A DNA stretch of 64,000 nt from Octopus vulgaris (Eukaryota): positions 36,332,001 through 36,396,000 of the forward strand of contig OX597823.1 of the NCBI GenBank assembly GCA_951406725.2, written 5' to 3'. The notes beneath the pieces were generated by a model. It was not told the DNA's origin. It saw nothing but the letters and a program-made list of their open reading frames with translations, and made no database searches. A program made the position numbers and the translations under genes. This document shows positions 12,799-26,012 of the stretch, in pieces (the first letter of the stretch is position 1; the number at the start of each line of letters is the position of its first letter).

Positions 12799-14717
12799 CT
12801 AAGACATGTAGAGGAGAAAATAACACACGATATAGACAGTGAACTTCTGGTGTTCAGAATTTAACCATAGTTACACAACAAATACATTAGCAACACAAAA
12901 CACTAACCACCAACAAAATTCAGACACTCGTTTAATTCACCATCATTGTTTAAACATCCACTTTTCAATGCATTCATGGGTCAGACAGAATTCATCAATG
13001 CAAATTTTCTAGGGTTAGATGCCCTTCTTGTTACCAACCCCCACTCATGTTCCAAACAAGGTAATATTTCCCCATAACTAGACATGTTTTCACAGATATT
13101 TGCAAACAATCAACACTGCCTGAATGACAGTGACACTCACAAATGTAAGATACACACTTCACAGTCTTCTTTCAGATTTTGACTAGTAAATCTATGCACA
13201 AGGCTTTGGTCAGCTTGGAGCTATAGTAGAAGACATTTGCTCAAGGCATCACACAGTAGAACTGAACCTGAAACCTTGAGGTTGAGAATTAAAGTTCTTA
13301 AGAATACGACCCCACCATCACCAGCTGATTGCTTCAAATGGTCCTTCTCTACCCACAATGTGTGCATTCAATAAGGAGACACCTACAATAATCCAATAAT
13401 TTCAAAAGCTCCTTCATATCATGCAAGCTCATTACATAACCCTAACCAGCTAAACCTAGAAATGCTGATAATACAAACTAACCGGAACAACAAATATACC
13501 CTAAACTTTGTCTCATACAAAAATATGAGGTGAGGCTCTACACTAAACATGTATCCAATTGATATGTTATTCTTAAATAACTGCTTTTGAATACCAACAG
13601 ATAAAAGAATGAAAGAATTAGTCACAGCATTGGATAATAAGTCAAGGAAATATCTAACATTAACAGCTAATAACATTTTATTAGAATAATTCATCTGTAG
13701 TTGAAGGAAGTCAACAAAGCTGGTCTTCCTCCAGCTATGTATAGGGAGCATTCTTTATAGAGTTGAGATGTAAACTGTGAAGGAAGAGCTTCAAGATTAC
13801 CTTATTGGTATATACATCAGAATTTTCATGGGAGCTCAAAAGATTTCACAACATGAGCAACCAAAAAAGAAGAGATTTATGGACATATTCCAACCAACTT
13901 AGCTATTGTTGTATAACTTAAGGTTGGCTTTAATGTGCCGAACAACAACCATATCAAATTTCATATCTAAGAGATATTTGTACCTAATAGAGAATGAAGG
14001 ACACTTGATTATATTGATTTTACTGACAAAGACAGATACAAAATTCAGGATATATTAAAGCTAAAGAGGGACAGAAATTCTTAGCTGTGACTGCTTAAAA
14101 GGAGGAGGGGGGCTATATCTTGTATTTGATTATATTTCTATCTATTTTTATAGGTTGGAGTTGGTGAGCAAAAATGAAAATGTATCATTCATATAAGAAA
14201 TTCATCCAAAACAATGCTTACTAAACTATTGAGACTAAAAGCAATTTGGATAACAAAAATGTTAATTTTACAATCCTTTCATCTCCTCTTAGAATGAAAC
14301 AGACAAAAAGAGAGCAGCTAATTACAGCAGTGCTATGGAATATTGCTTTGTTCCTGATGTTAGCTGTAATTTTAAATTGTAAAATAGACAAAATGCTTGT
14401 ATCATGTCACAAACAGGAAAAATGAATTTGACAACTAATGATTTCCACTGTTCAATTAAACTTCAAGATAACCCAAGAATTGATCATTTGATATGATTGA
14501 CACTCCTCGTTTCTGGAGTATTCATATTCTGGCATGCAAAAAAAACAAAACAAAAAAAACCTGTATTTTTTTTGCCATGTGTAAGCTAACTGTAGTTAAA
14601 GGAAGGCTTGGGAGAGAGTTAAATGTTAATAACATAGAATGTGATAGCATTATTAATGTAGAATCAAAGTAAACAATATGTAATCACTGGGAATAACAAT
14701 AAAAAAACTTAAAACAA

Positions 14718-14990
14718 TCTACATAAATGTAAAACTGAGAATGTGTGTCTGTATGTGTGAATCCCTAAAACTTGAGAACTACACAACAAATTTCATTCAA
14801 ATTTAACACATGCCTTACTTGGGGTCCAAGTAGTGTCATGGGCAAAAACATTTTTTACCTTCTTGCCTAGGGTGAGCCCACAGCAATATCATATCTTCAC
14901 TATTTCAGTATTACATGTTAAAAGTGAAACAAAAACATCTCTTTATTGTAATGTCAGATACTTTCACTTTAATACTGAAACTATTGTCAT
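14718..14990 (+). mobile_element. Non-autonomous Helitron 5' portion
   Basis: A|TC start followed by AAAACTGAGAATGTGTGTCTGTATGTGTG, resembling short Helitron 5' ends; no 3' CTAG end located. Confidence 0.45.
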
Positions 14991-17059
14991 TTTATCTAAG
15001 GAAAAACGAATACAGTTGTGCTCTTGGAAGCTGTAGGGTTACCTAAGCATAAAAGATGAGCATTATCTGTAATTCAATGGTACATCAGTGTAAGAGTTTG
15101 CTTTGACATACACTTACATTGTGATTTCTGCAATGTGGTACATAAATTGTCATGTAAATGACAGGCATCTTTGCCTCCACTGATTCAGTTGCAAAGTGTT
15201 GAGTAAAGTTATTTGATTGCAGACCTCCTTTCAGTCTTTTTATTATCACTGGGTCACACATAGTCCCCAGATGGTAACATTGATTTCAAGGCCTTCCCAG
15301 ATGAGTGACTGGTTATTCAAAGACATTTAAAGATTGTAAATTTATTCTGTCCAGTTACGTATCAGTATAGTGGTCATTTGCAAACTCCAGAGGTTAATGT
15401 TTATTTCAGTTGGGTCACGCCCTTCCAATTGCTATAGATTCGTAATGCATCTTACGGCTGTGCCTGTCACCTGGATGGTGAGGAATCCTACATTGAGAAT
15501 GGTAACTGACTGCTTATTGTGATCATTCGTCCTTTGGTTTCCTGTAGCTTTGCTCTCTTTTACAAACTTCAATTAATTGATTAGTGATCTCTCAAGTCTT
15601 ACACCTCAGGTTCAGTGAAACAATCCCTTGGAATTCCCTACCTACAGATAAGCCAAACATACTGTACTAATGCAACTAATCACCAATTTTTACTCGGGAT
15701 TTCCATCCAAATGAAACAGGAAATGTTTAAGTCCCATTATATTTATTTGATTCTATCATTTCCTACTGTGTCATTAAATCTTGAGGAAGACAATCACTTC
15801 TGTTACTACATTCCTTGCTGTTAATTATCAATGTTAATCTCTACGTCTTGTCTATTAGCAGCAACATTTGCAGATAATCTTGCATTTGTTTCATTTTTAA
15901 TTCTTTAGAGACTAATTAATGGAGTCTATTTATAAACAAATGTCTTTTCATATTTTTATTTTTCAAATAATGTGTGAAAGTAATTTTCCTACAGTAAACA
16001 ACTACCTTTTAAACAAGAATTTTACTGAACTAGAATCAAGTAAAAACCCTACCTCTTTTGATTTAGTCCATATGAAACCCAGTAGAGGAATTTGCTTAGG
16101 GATAATGAAGATCAATTCAACCTTGGGACATTGATCTCAGAAAGCAGAGTTGACAGGCTTAACTAAACTTGGAATCTAACAAGGTATTTTATTCAATGAT
16201 TAATTGATTTTGTGAGAAAACAGTATCAACTATGAAATTTCTGTTTTGAATTCAGTTATTAATTATGCTTCACCTCCATTCTTACAATCATAAACAAAAA
16301 AAGAAAAATATATGCATACAGGATCAGCAAGGTTCAAAGATCAATCCAATCCAAAAGAAAAATGATTTTTATGTGGCAAAAATTGATTACAATCACATAA
16401 CTAAGTTTCTATGGTAGTATAATGGTGCTTTTAGCTGGTGCTGGATAACTGTCTAGACACTAACCAAGAACAAAACTCGTTTTCTTCAGTTGGGTACAGT
16501 GGATGCAATGGCTGTAACAAAATTTCAAAATTGAGAATCACTTTTTTAGTAATCAAACCACAAGTTTAATAATTTCCAAAAAATTAGAAAAAATATTTCT
16601 TTAACTATTAAAATATTTGCATCATGCTCCAGCGTCTCAGTTCTGGCATGGTTATGATTACTATGGCTAGATACCCTTCTTAATGCCAATCACTCTACAG
16701 TGTACATCATCGTTTAACATCCGCTTTCCATGCTAGCATTGGTTTTGATGGTTCGACCAGGGTCTGGGAAGCCAGGAGGTTGCACCAGGCTCCAGTCTGA
16801 TCTGGCAGTGTTTCTACAGCTGGATGCCCTTCCTAACACCAACCACTCCATGAGTGTAGTGGGTGCTTTTTATGTGCCACCGGCACAGGGGCCAGGAGAT
16901 GCTGGCAATGGCCACGATCGGTTGGTGCTTTTTACATGCCACCGGCACAGATGCCAGTCAAGGCAGCGCTGGCATCGGTCACATTCGGATGGTGTTTTTA
17001 CGTGCCACCGGCACGGGTATCACAACTACAATTTCCATTTGATTTTTATTTTGATGTAC

Positions 17060-19060
17060 TTGACTCAATGTCTCCTCAAGCACAGCAGGTCGTCCTTCTG
17101 GCCTCGAGCCTAAAGTCACTAATGACTAGCCTATGCTGGGAGATACATTCTTCACCTGGAAGGATTGTTGTACTTAAGAGCAACCCTGCGTCTTGCTGTC
17201 TGGTGAGGATGAAATCAATATGGCTAGCAGAGTCTCCTAATCGATAGGTTATAAGATGGCTATCTGGCTCCCTGAAATTAGTGTTGCAGATTAAAAGGTT
17301 ACATGCATCACAGAACTCCAGTAGCCTAGTTCCCTCATCATTTCAGGTGCCAATACCATGGCCACCGTGTACCCCAGTGAAGGTACCAGATTCCCGCCCA
17401 ACATGTCCATTAAAGTCTCCAGCCACAAAGATGAGGTCATTGCCACTACTCTTTGGGATAGCCTGTAGAAGGGTACCATAAAAGTGATGTGGGGCATAGG
17501 TGGAGATAACTGTAGCTGTGATGTTCTGCAGGTCTAGCCAGAGCTTAAGCACTATCGCATACCCTAACAACCTCTGTGACCTTCTCCATCACCCCCCTTC
17601 ACCATCCATGTTACCTTGCCAGAAGACTTTATACCTTGCCTGTGAGGACCCTAGCTAAAGATCCTCTCCATCTAACCTCTTGTATGTAGCATACATCAAC
17701 CCGTCTCCTTTCAAGCATCTCTACAATCTCACTAGACCTACCTTTCAGTATGCCAACATTGATAGTGCCAACTCTGAAAACTGGGAAGGGAATGTGGGGG
17801 TAAGGTTTGGGGAGGAGGGATGTTATTCAGTGCCTGAAAAGAAGAGGGTTGTTGTGGTGTTCGTTTTTTTTAGGCATGCTTCATCTCTTCTCTCTTCCGA
17901 CCTGACAACATTCAAGCATCCAGGCATGTTAAGATTGTTGCCCCTACTGGAGGTAGGCGCCGGTGTTAGTAGTGTTGTAAGCATAAGCATTATGGTCATC
18001 GAATGATGTAGATTCAAGTGGTGTAGCAAAAATATGGATATTCCAATGTTAGGTTACGAGAGAGTCAGCTGAAACTGGTTGCGTCAGACCAGGTAGAGAG
18101 GGATTGCAGGTATAATGGAGGGTACCCCCAGCGGGGAAGGGTTCAGACAGAGAGAGGGGAAACAAGCTCATTCCTATATATACACAAGCGCACCCACGGA
18201 CAGCCGAATAGCTTTCTCCTTCATAAGGCAAAGGAAAATTCCTGGGTAGTTGTTGGCATGTTTCTAAACAGAATGAAATTGGAACGAAAGATAGCCGGTT
18301 AAGTAGGTGGGCAGATAACCTGGTTGTGTTTGTCCCAGTAGAGAGATATAGAGAGGGAGAAGAGGTAGAGAAAGAGAGGGAGAAGAGGTAGAGAAAGAGA
18401 GGGAGAAGAGGTAGAGAAAGAAAGGGAGAAGAGGTAGAGAAAGAAAGGGAGAAGAGGTAGAGAAAGAAAGGGAGAAGAGGTAGAGAAAGAAAGGGAGAAG
18501 AGGTAGAGAAAGAAAGGGAGAAAAGGTAGAGAAAGAAAGGGAGAAAAGGTAGAGAAAGAAAGGGAGAAAAGGTAGAGGGAGAAGAGATAGGGGTAGAGAG
18601 ATGGGGGAGAGAGGTAGAGAGAGACAGAGAAAGAGAGGGAGAGAGAAAGAGTGCAGGTAATATAGGGAACAGCACCAGTGAGGATGGGGAATTGGGAGAA
18701 GAGATAACTGGAAGGGGTAGTGACAAATTTCTAGACAGAACGAAAGGTAGAAAGGTAAGATAGCTGGTGAAGCGGGTGGGTGGATGAGCAGCTGGGCTGG
18801 TTGCATTTGTCATAGGAGAGAGAGAAGTGAAGGTAATATATGGAGAACAGCCCAGTGAGGATGAGAGTAGGAGAATAGACACAGGTAATGGTGGTGGGAG
18901 AAGGGATATCCAGTGTAGATGGCGGGAAGATAGAGATATCCCCGGTATTAGTGGTGGGGGTGGGAAAGGTCAGCTGCACTGCAAACAAGCAAAGTTTTGT
19001 TTGGGGACAGAAGGACGAAAATATGATAAGAATGAGATTGAACAGGAGGTGATGAGAGAT
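17060..19060 (-). mobile_element. RTE LINE 5' portion with AP-endonuclease domain
   Basis: VISTYAP, LIFVAGDFNGHVG, GVHGGHGIG, EGTRLLEFCD, IDFIL, QHRLVISD at about 17060-17800; the pyrimidine-rich region further upstream is assigned with less certainty. Confidence 0.8.
18355..18577. repeat. 23-bp polypurine minisatellite, about 10 copies
   Basis: Unit GGGAGAAGAGGTAGAGAAAGAAA with minor variants. Confidence 0.95.
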
Positions 19061-22000
19061 AGAATTAAAGTTATATTTTGAGGGGACATTTTCAATGGTT
19101 AGCTCATGAAAAACAAGCTGTTAGTAAATAATACATTTAAAGTGTTAATGGTGAATGAGTACAGGAGGGGAAAAAATGAGAAAGAATCTTAGCTTCTCGG
19201 ACATGGTTTTTTTTTTGTTACTTGTACATGTGAGCTCACTATGTAACTCACAAAACTGAAGAGCCTCCTCTGCAGAAAAATGTAGTGGAGAAGGAGGTGG
19301 TTTCATGCAAAGAGTTAAGATGTTAAAGTAAGATAGAAGGGAGAGGAACAGGTTTGCTATGGAAGAGGAAGATACTTCTCATTGTATGAGGTTAGGTTAA
19401 GAGTAAATGGAACGGAGTCAGGAAGAGAAATAAAGATAGTAGTGACAAGGTGTTAGAATGTATCCCCAAATTTTAAGAAGGTGAATAGAGTTTGGGGTCA
19501 GAAGATCAGGAATGGTGGGTAAAGGTTGAAAAAGTGTGGAGGAAAGCTAAGAGTAGAAGTGGTCAGGTATAGCGAGATAAATATAGTGAAAGGCAAACAA
19601 AATTTGAGAAAGGTTGATGGTAAATATTAGGTGTTAAAAATGAGAGATAAGTGTTAATAGGATGCAGTTCAAGGGAGACTGAATGATGATGGGCAATAAA
19701 GGGTGACCAATGGAAAATGAGTGATGAAGGGTAGATGTCAAACGGAAGTGATTCAGGGGAGAGAAAAAGAAAATTCGAATAGAAAAAGATATCTGTAGTT
19801 CTGCTCTCAATTACAGTAGCTGAATAATGTAGCTAGAAGAATGATGGTGGGATTGGTGACAAGGAGATATTGGCCAAGACACCCAGTTGTGTGCATATCC
19901 ATCATGCTTCTAGAACCTCAATTTCACTTAGTGGGTTCTCAGTTATGATGTATCTCCAATTTGTCATCTGAGACTAGTTTTCATCATCTTGTCCCACATT
20001 TAGGAACAGATGAATAGAATGAAGTGCATTACTTAAACATTCAACAAAACACAACTAGACAATCACATAAACCACATTGCAGATTAACTTAAATACAAGG
20101 ATTACAAAAAGTATTACTTGATTAACACACAACCAACTCAGAATGAAAATTTTGTATGAACAATATGAAAGAAGCTGCTCTAGAGCAAATCATTTTTAAA
20201 GTGAAAACAAGCAATCAATGCTAGAATATAGTAATGCTGAATTGACAGAGATAAAATAGGCAATCATTGAAGAAGGCAATGAAGACTAGCAAAAAGAAAA
20301 ACCACAAGAAATAAGTTGACCCATCATCATCATTTAATGTCTGTTGTCCATGTTAGCATGGGTTGGAGTTTAATCAGTGCTGGTAAGCTGCACCAGACTC
20401 CAGGTTTGGCATAGCTTTCTACAGCTGGATGCCCTTCCTAACATCAATGACTAAGAATGCAATGGGTGCTTTTATATGTTACTGGCATGGGTGACATGGG
20501 TATCTTAGCGTGACATGGGTATCTACCACAACCCATTTTGCTCAGCTTGATGAGTCTTCTCAAGCACATTAATACCAAAGGTTTTGGTCATTGCCTTTGT
20601 GAGGGCCAACACTTGAAAGGAACTCAGCCACTTCGCCTCCATGAAGCCCAACACTCGAAAAGAACTCAGCCACTTTGCCTCTGCAAGGAGGCATATCAAA
20701 GTAATTAGGAGATTGGCATTTCTAGAACACAACTGAACAACTCTGACAAAAGCCAATAGTTTGAACCGATACTAGCAAATCATTTTCTAACTTTTAGTGC
20801 TATGACCTAAATGACTTCACTATTTATCCTCCTCACATCTCTTTGCTTAGTTTCCAGTTCTTTAGACTTTATTCTATCAGCAGCTGGTTATAGCAAGAGC
20901 TATTCACTTACCTGTTTTACATCAATATTTCCATGCTGCAGTTTGGTATTAAATATTCTTAAATTGCTATTATCACAATACCATTGTTATATTCTGAGAG
21001 CATGAATTCTACACATGAATTTTCTATTGATTTCAAGATTAATCTGTTTTTCAAAATTTTTTAAAACCAAGGCTCAGTAGGAAAGAATGTACTTTCTATC
21101 AAGGTATGTTGTATAATCATCAAAAATTAACAGTTTTGTAACAAAGTTCTAAAGAATTACAATTTTCTTAAATTTCAAAATACTGAAACTGGAACGAACA
21201 ATCTTTGTATTCTTTTCTTTTGGCTTTGCAAATAAATAGAAAAGCATTTTTCAAAACCTCTCGGCAAACTTGTTTGAACAATAACAGTTTGGAATCATGA
21301 AACATTGCAGTATTCTCACAATTTACCAGTTAAATTCATGGGCTGCATCTACCTCTGAGAACTTCTGTATGAATGTTTATATATACACATTCTGCAGCAC
21401 CAAAATCCATTAAGATTTTCCCCACTGTGCTAAGATACAAAGACAGTTATGATTTTTAAATTTAACATTCACTTAATGGAGATTCACTTCTGTTTACAGA
21501 TTGCCAAACTTCACTCACTAAATACTAACCTTTGGCTTCTATGGTATCAAATGGATAAGATAGGAAAAAAAGAATCTTATAGTGATAACACACAATGTTT
21601 TTGCTGGGGCCAACATAGGATAAGGAAGGTTAGTTTCCATTACACCTTTATCTGTTTCAACATTACATCTTCACTTAATTAGCATCACCATCAAATAATA
21701 TAAAATATGCCACCAACATAGATACTTATGGCTTTATTGATTAAAATGTGTTGTGTCAAAATTTTTCACAGAACTTTTTAATATGACTTGACATTCACAC
21801 ACTTTACAATTTGACCACATATTTTTATTGTCATCACCTAACAGCCGCTTTTTCCTGTTTGCATGGATCAAAAGAAATTTGAAGCAATTTTTTAACAACC
21901 AGATGCTTTTCCTGTTCTTAAGCTTCACCTATTTCCAAGCAAGGTAATATTCCTCTAGTCCTTCAAACAAGATCAGTAAAAATGGTCAAACATTGTCATA

Positions 22001-22829
22001 AAATATTACAAACACCACTTGTGTTATGATGACACTTGTTTACAATTAACATGTAATGTCAAGACAAGGAAACATGTAAAACACACACACACAGGGCTTC
22101 CTCCTATTCCATTTACGAAATCCAATACAAGGATATTGTTGGCCTGGGAATATAGCAAAAGACACTTGTCTAAAGTGTGCAATGGGACTAAATCCAAATC
22201 CATGTGGTTGCAAAGCAAAGTTCATAATTACATGACCAAGTCTAGCACTAATGTATACTGACACGTATACAACTGGAAGTGATATTTGAAGAGTGAGCAC
22301 ACAAAACATCAATAGTTCAGCAACTAAGTGTAAAAAGTGAAATATTTAAATGGTATATATTGTAAACATAATATTTCTGTCTGGTGAATAACTAGAAAAT
22401 TGGAACAAGGCAAGCTACAACATCATAGTTGACCTGCAGAAAGAATTTGGTGTGATTTAGACATTTATTGAAAACAGATTATACAACTTATGTATTCTGC
22501 AATGGGCAGCATGGTTAACTGATAAAAACCTAAAATCACTAGAGATAAAAGAACTGAAGGACATCTGAAGCCAATAGATAACAAACTCATAGTATAGCTT
22601 ACAAAGTACATACTAGTTGAGCATAAGGCAGCTCTATTAGAGACATCAACAAAAATACAAGATTATCCAGGCTTGAGCAAAGTGCTCAAAGATTCTATAT
22701 ATGTGTCCACTAGTAATCTGTTTTCAACCTCATTAATTCAAGTCATTGTATGAGTCATAGAAGTGTTCAAGCTTTGCTGCTGATACTAATTTAATATGTC
22801 AATAACCTGTAGAGAGACAACGCGATTCA

Positions 22830-23195
22830 TTCATTTGTTTGTTTCTCTTTGTGCCTTGTGGTACCTGAAGCAACAAGATCGCCCTTGACAGCTCGTACCA
22901 TTGTTAACCCTCTGCTTTTAAGATCTGTTAGTGTTCTCTGCCATGTTTCCTTTAGTCGACCACATCTTGTGGAACCCATTGATAAGTGATCCTGATAATT
23001 GAGTTTGGTTTACAGCAACAAACTTGAACCAGCCATTTCCATCTCCTTACTCCAATAGTTTATTGGTTTCATGTTAACCTTGGTGTGTAGTTGGTTATTT
23101 GAGATCATAGTTGGCCAGTAGACCATCAAAATTTTTCGTAAACATTAAGTTTGAAACACCTCCAATTTCTTTTCAGAAACTCTTCAGAGAGAACA
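22830..23195 (-). mobile_element. RTE LINE 3' fragment
   Basis: KKLEVFQT..CLRKILMVYWP..ISN and GRLKETWQRT motifs. Confidence 0.7.
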
Positions 23196-24194
23196 TCCTT
23201 ACCTGCTAACTCTACAGATACAAACCCTGATGACCTCTAACTGAATGTACTAAAGCTAATGTGAACTGCACTTCATCACAGCAACACTAATAAGTAAAAA
23301 TATATCACCTTAACTATAGAAAGCTAATTATCCATCAAAGTTTATACCAAACAATTCTCAGTCAACTCGTAGAAAAGAGAAGAGAACTTGAAAATAAAAT
23401 TTCACAATTTACATGCCTAGAAAAATAACTGAAAATTACTACTATCCAAGATTATAGCTTTCTATAACAACCTTTGTCAGTTGATCAATGCAGTCATGAG
23501 TAAACTATGCTATGTAGATGAAGGTGCATATAACTGAAACCTGTTCAAAACTGTACCCCTTGCCTGCCAACTGATTTTATCCTGAACACAAATTCAGTCT
23601 CAATTTCATGCTTTGTTTAGAAGGTGCCAACAATTACCACTTCAAGTTTTTTTTTTTAACATCAGACCAAGTGTGAAATTTCAATTGAGAATATTTTGCA
23701 TATGTCATTCCTTACTGGTCCAAGTTATACCACTGACCAATTTGAGTTGCGCCTTCAGCTATTTTTTAATGAATGAAGTTTTAAATATCTTTTGTCTCAG
23801 TCATTAAACTATGGCCATGCTGGGGTACTGCCTTGAAGAATTTTAGTTGAAGGAATTCACCTCAGTACTTTTTCTTAAGCTTGGTACTTATTCTATTGGT
23901 CTATGGCTGAACTGCTAAGTTATGGGGACATAAAAATACCAACACTGGTTGTTAAGCAGAGTTGAGGAACAAACAAGCATTATACACACACAATGCACAC
24001 AGTATAAAGATACAAGCTACTGATAGTTTCATGCATTAGAGAGACAAGTCTAGGCAGGTTTTTATAATATACCTTGAGTCTTCAAGCAATCTTCAGATCA
24101 GAATGTTGGAAGCAGAGAGAAAATAAGAAGATTGATGCAAAAAGTGGAACAGTGAAAAACAAAAAACAAAAGAAAGAGAAAATGATAATTAGCG

Positions 24195-24858
24195 TTATGT
24201 TTCCTTTGACTGTAGAATAATTCAATGGAGAGAGGTCCAGCCTGCAAGACAGCTGCTCAATCCAAAGAGGGTGGTATCCTCTAGTTTGCCAAAAGAAATT
24301 TGTCCATATATATGCATTTGCTGAAAATTTCTTATCTGAATTCAGTGTGTGATGGAATTCTTGAAACTAAAAAACAATATACAATTTTTCAGCTACACAT
24401 AAATTGCATTTCTTAGATCCATTGAGATATTGCATGGATTTCTCCACTTGATTGTATGTGGTGTGGAGCTGGTCTTCAAACCCCATATGTGGCTAACCAT
24501 TTACAAAAGCAAACCTACTGAGTTGGCTAACACATATGAGGTATGAAGACCAACTTCATGCCACACAATCAAGTGGAGAACCACAGAGATATCCATGCCA
24601 TATGTTAATGGATCTAAGAAATGCAACTTGAGCATAGCTGAAAGATCACAGTCTTTTTAGATCTAAGAATTCGACTGTACTACTGAATTTCTGATTAAAA
24701 ATTTACAGAAAATGCAGGCATATGGACAAATTTCTTTTGGCAATGGAAAACACCACCCTCTGTGGATTGAGTAACAGTCTTGCAGACTATACTCCTCTTT
24801 GATGAATTATTCTACAACAACAAGTTTTATTATGGCATTTCAGTCAAAGGGAACATAA
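24195..24858. repeat. Long foldback inverted repeat, arms about 300 bp
   Basis: Collinear complementary blocks, e.g. TTGCCAAAAGAAATTTGTCCATAT/ATATGGACAAATTTCTTTTGGCAA and TTGCATTTCTTAGATCCATT/AATGGATCTAAGAAATGCAA; centre near 24500-24525. Confidence 0.92.
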
Positions 24859-25173
24859 TTCTAATTTACTTTTGTTTTTCCATTTTTTTTTCACCCTTCC
24901 ACTTTTGCATTTACTCTTGTTTATTCTCATGGTTTCTCTTGTTCCAGCAAAAGATCTGTAAATTGAATAGGCCATACGCTCAGAACCTTAAGATTACATG
25001 GAGACGCAAGATGTGGTATAAAAACTTGCCTAGACCCCGCCACTATAATGTATGAGACTATTAGTAGCTCATATCTTAATATTGTGTACATTAGCTATTT
25101 ACATCCCACTGGATGGAGTACTACTGTTGTTGATCTTTATGGAGCTGAAAACTACTTATATATGTGTGTGTAG

Positions 25174-25659
25174 TATAGAGGCAATTATGCAGGTCAACAA
25201 ATTAGACACATCAAATACAATATACATATACAGGCAAAACGAGAGAAAACAGAGGTGGAAACTTTCAGGTGATAAATCAATCTTTGAACTTCTCTGCATT
25301 AAGATCTGAAATGTAAGAGCTTCTCTATCCTGATGATGGAGGCTTGTCTCATCCATTGTTAATTGATAGATATGGCTGCATATTGTGAGGAACTAATTCT
25401 ACCAACATTATTATGGATCACCAAGCCCCCCAAAACAGCTGTTGGATTTACAACACATTTCTTCCACCCATTTAATTTTCTGTCATTTGTACTGTGTCAG
25501 TTGGACCTATTAGTATAAATATCTATATATTTATAAGAATTCAACTGAAAGTTTCCACCTTTTGCTTTCTCTCATTTTGCATGTATACATATTTTGTATT
25601 TGATGTATTTTATATATTTGATATGTCTAATTTGTTTATTTGCATAATTGCCTCTATAC
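25174..25659. repeat. Inverted-repeat element with arms of about 100 bp (MITE-like)
   Basis: GTATAGAGGCAATTATGCA..AGGTGGAAACTTTCAG (about 25174-25270) mirrors CTGAAAGTTTCCACCT..TGCATAATTGCCTCTATAC (about 25545-25659). Confidence 0.85.
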
Positions 25660-25955
25660 CCACTCAACTTCATCCCTCTTATAACCTTTCTCTACCTTGT
25701 GGAGAATGTTCCTCTGTAAAGACATCGGAGTCTAAGTTTGAATCCTTTCAGCACTACCAAGTGTCTTCTATATGGAGACTCTTTGGATCTCATCTGTGAA
25801 CTATGTAGTATATATATGTACACTCGCACGTATGTGCATACGGACTTCTTTCAGTTTCTGTCAACTAAATCCACTCACAAGGATGTTGTTGGCCTGAGAC
25901 ACTTACCCAAAACCATCTAGTTGGTGAGCAAACTTAACACATAGCCATGACCTTG

Positions 25956-26012
<57 letters not shown>

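Noticed and set aside
15000-15900. Possible ancient TE coding relic
   Set aside because: No motif I could assign in any frame.
18049-18882. Longest ORF in the window (277 aa, S/L/F/P-rich)
   Set aside because: Open only because it crosses the pyrimidine strand of the 23-bp minisatellite; no domain.
20912-20995. Minus-strand exon with CAG|GTAAGT donor
   Set aside because: No good acceptor gives an open frame; a non-coding exon cannot be excluded.
21734-21928. BED-finger-like ORF (CKVC..H)
   Set aside because: Its start overlaps a SINE fragment and the motif is incomplete.
25333-25365. Hammerhead ribozyme (CTGATGA plus hairpin)
   Set aside because: No GAAA after stem II.
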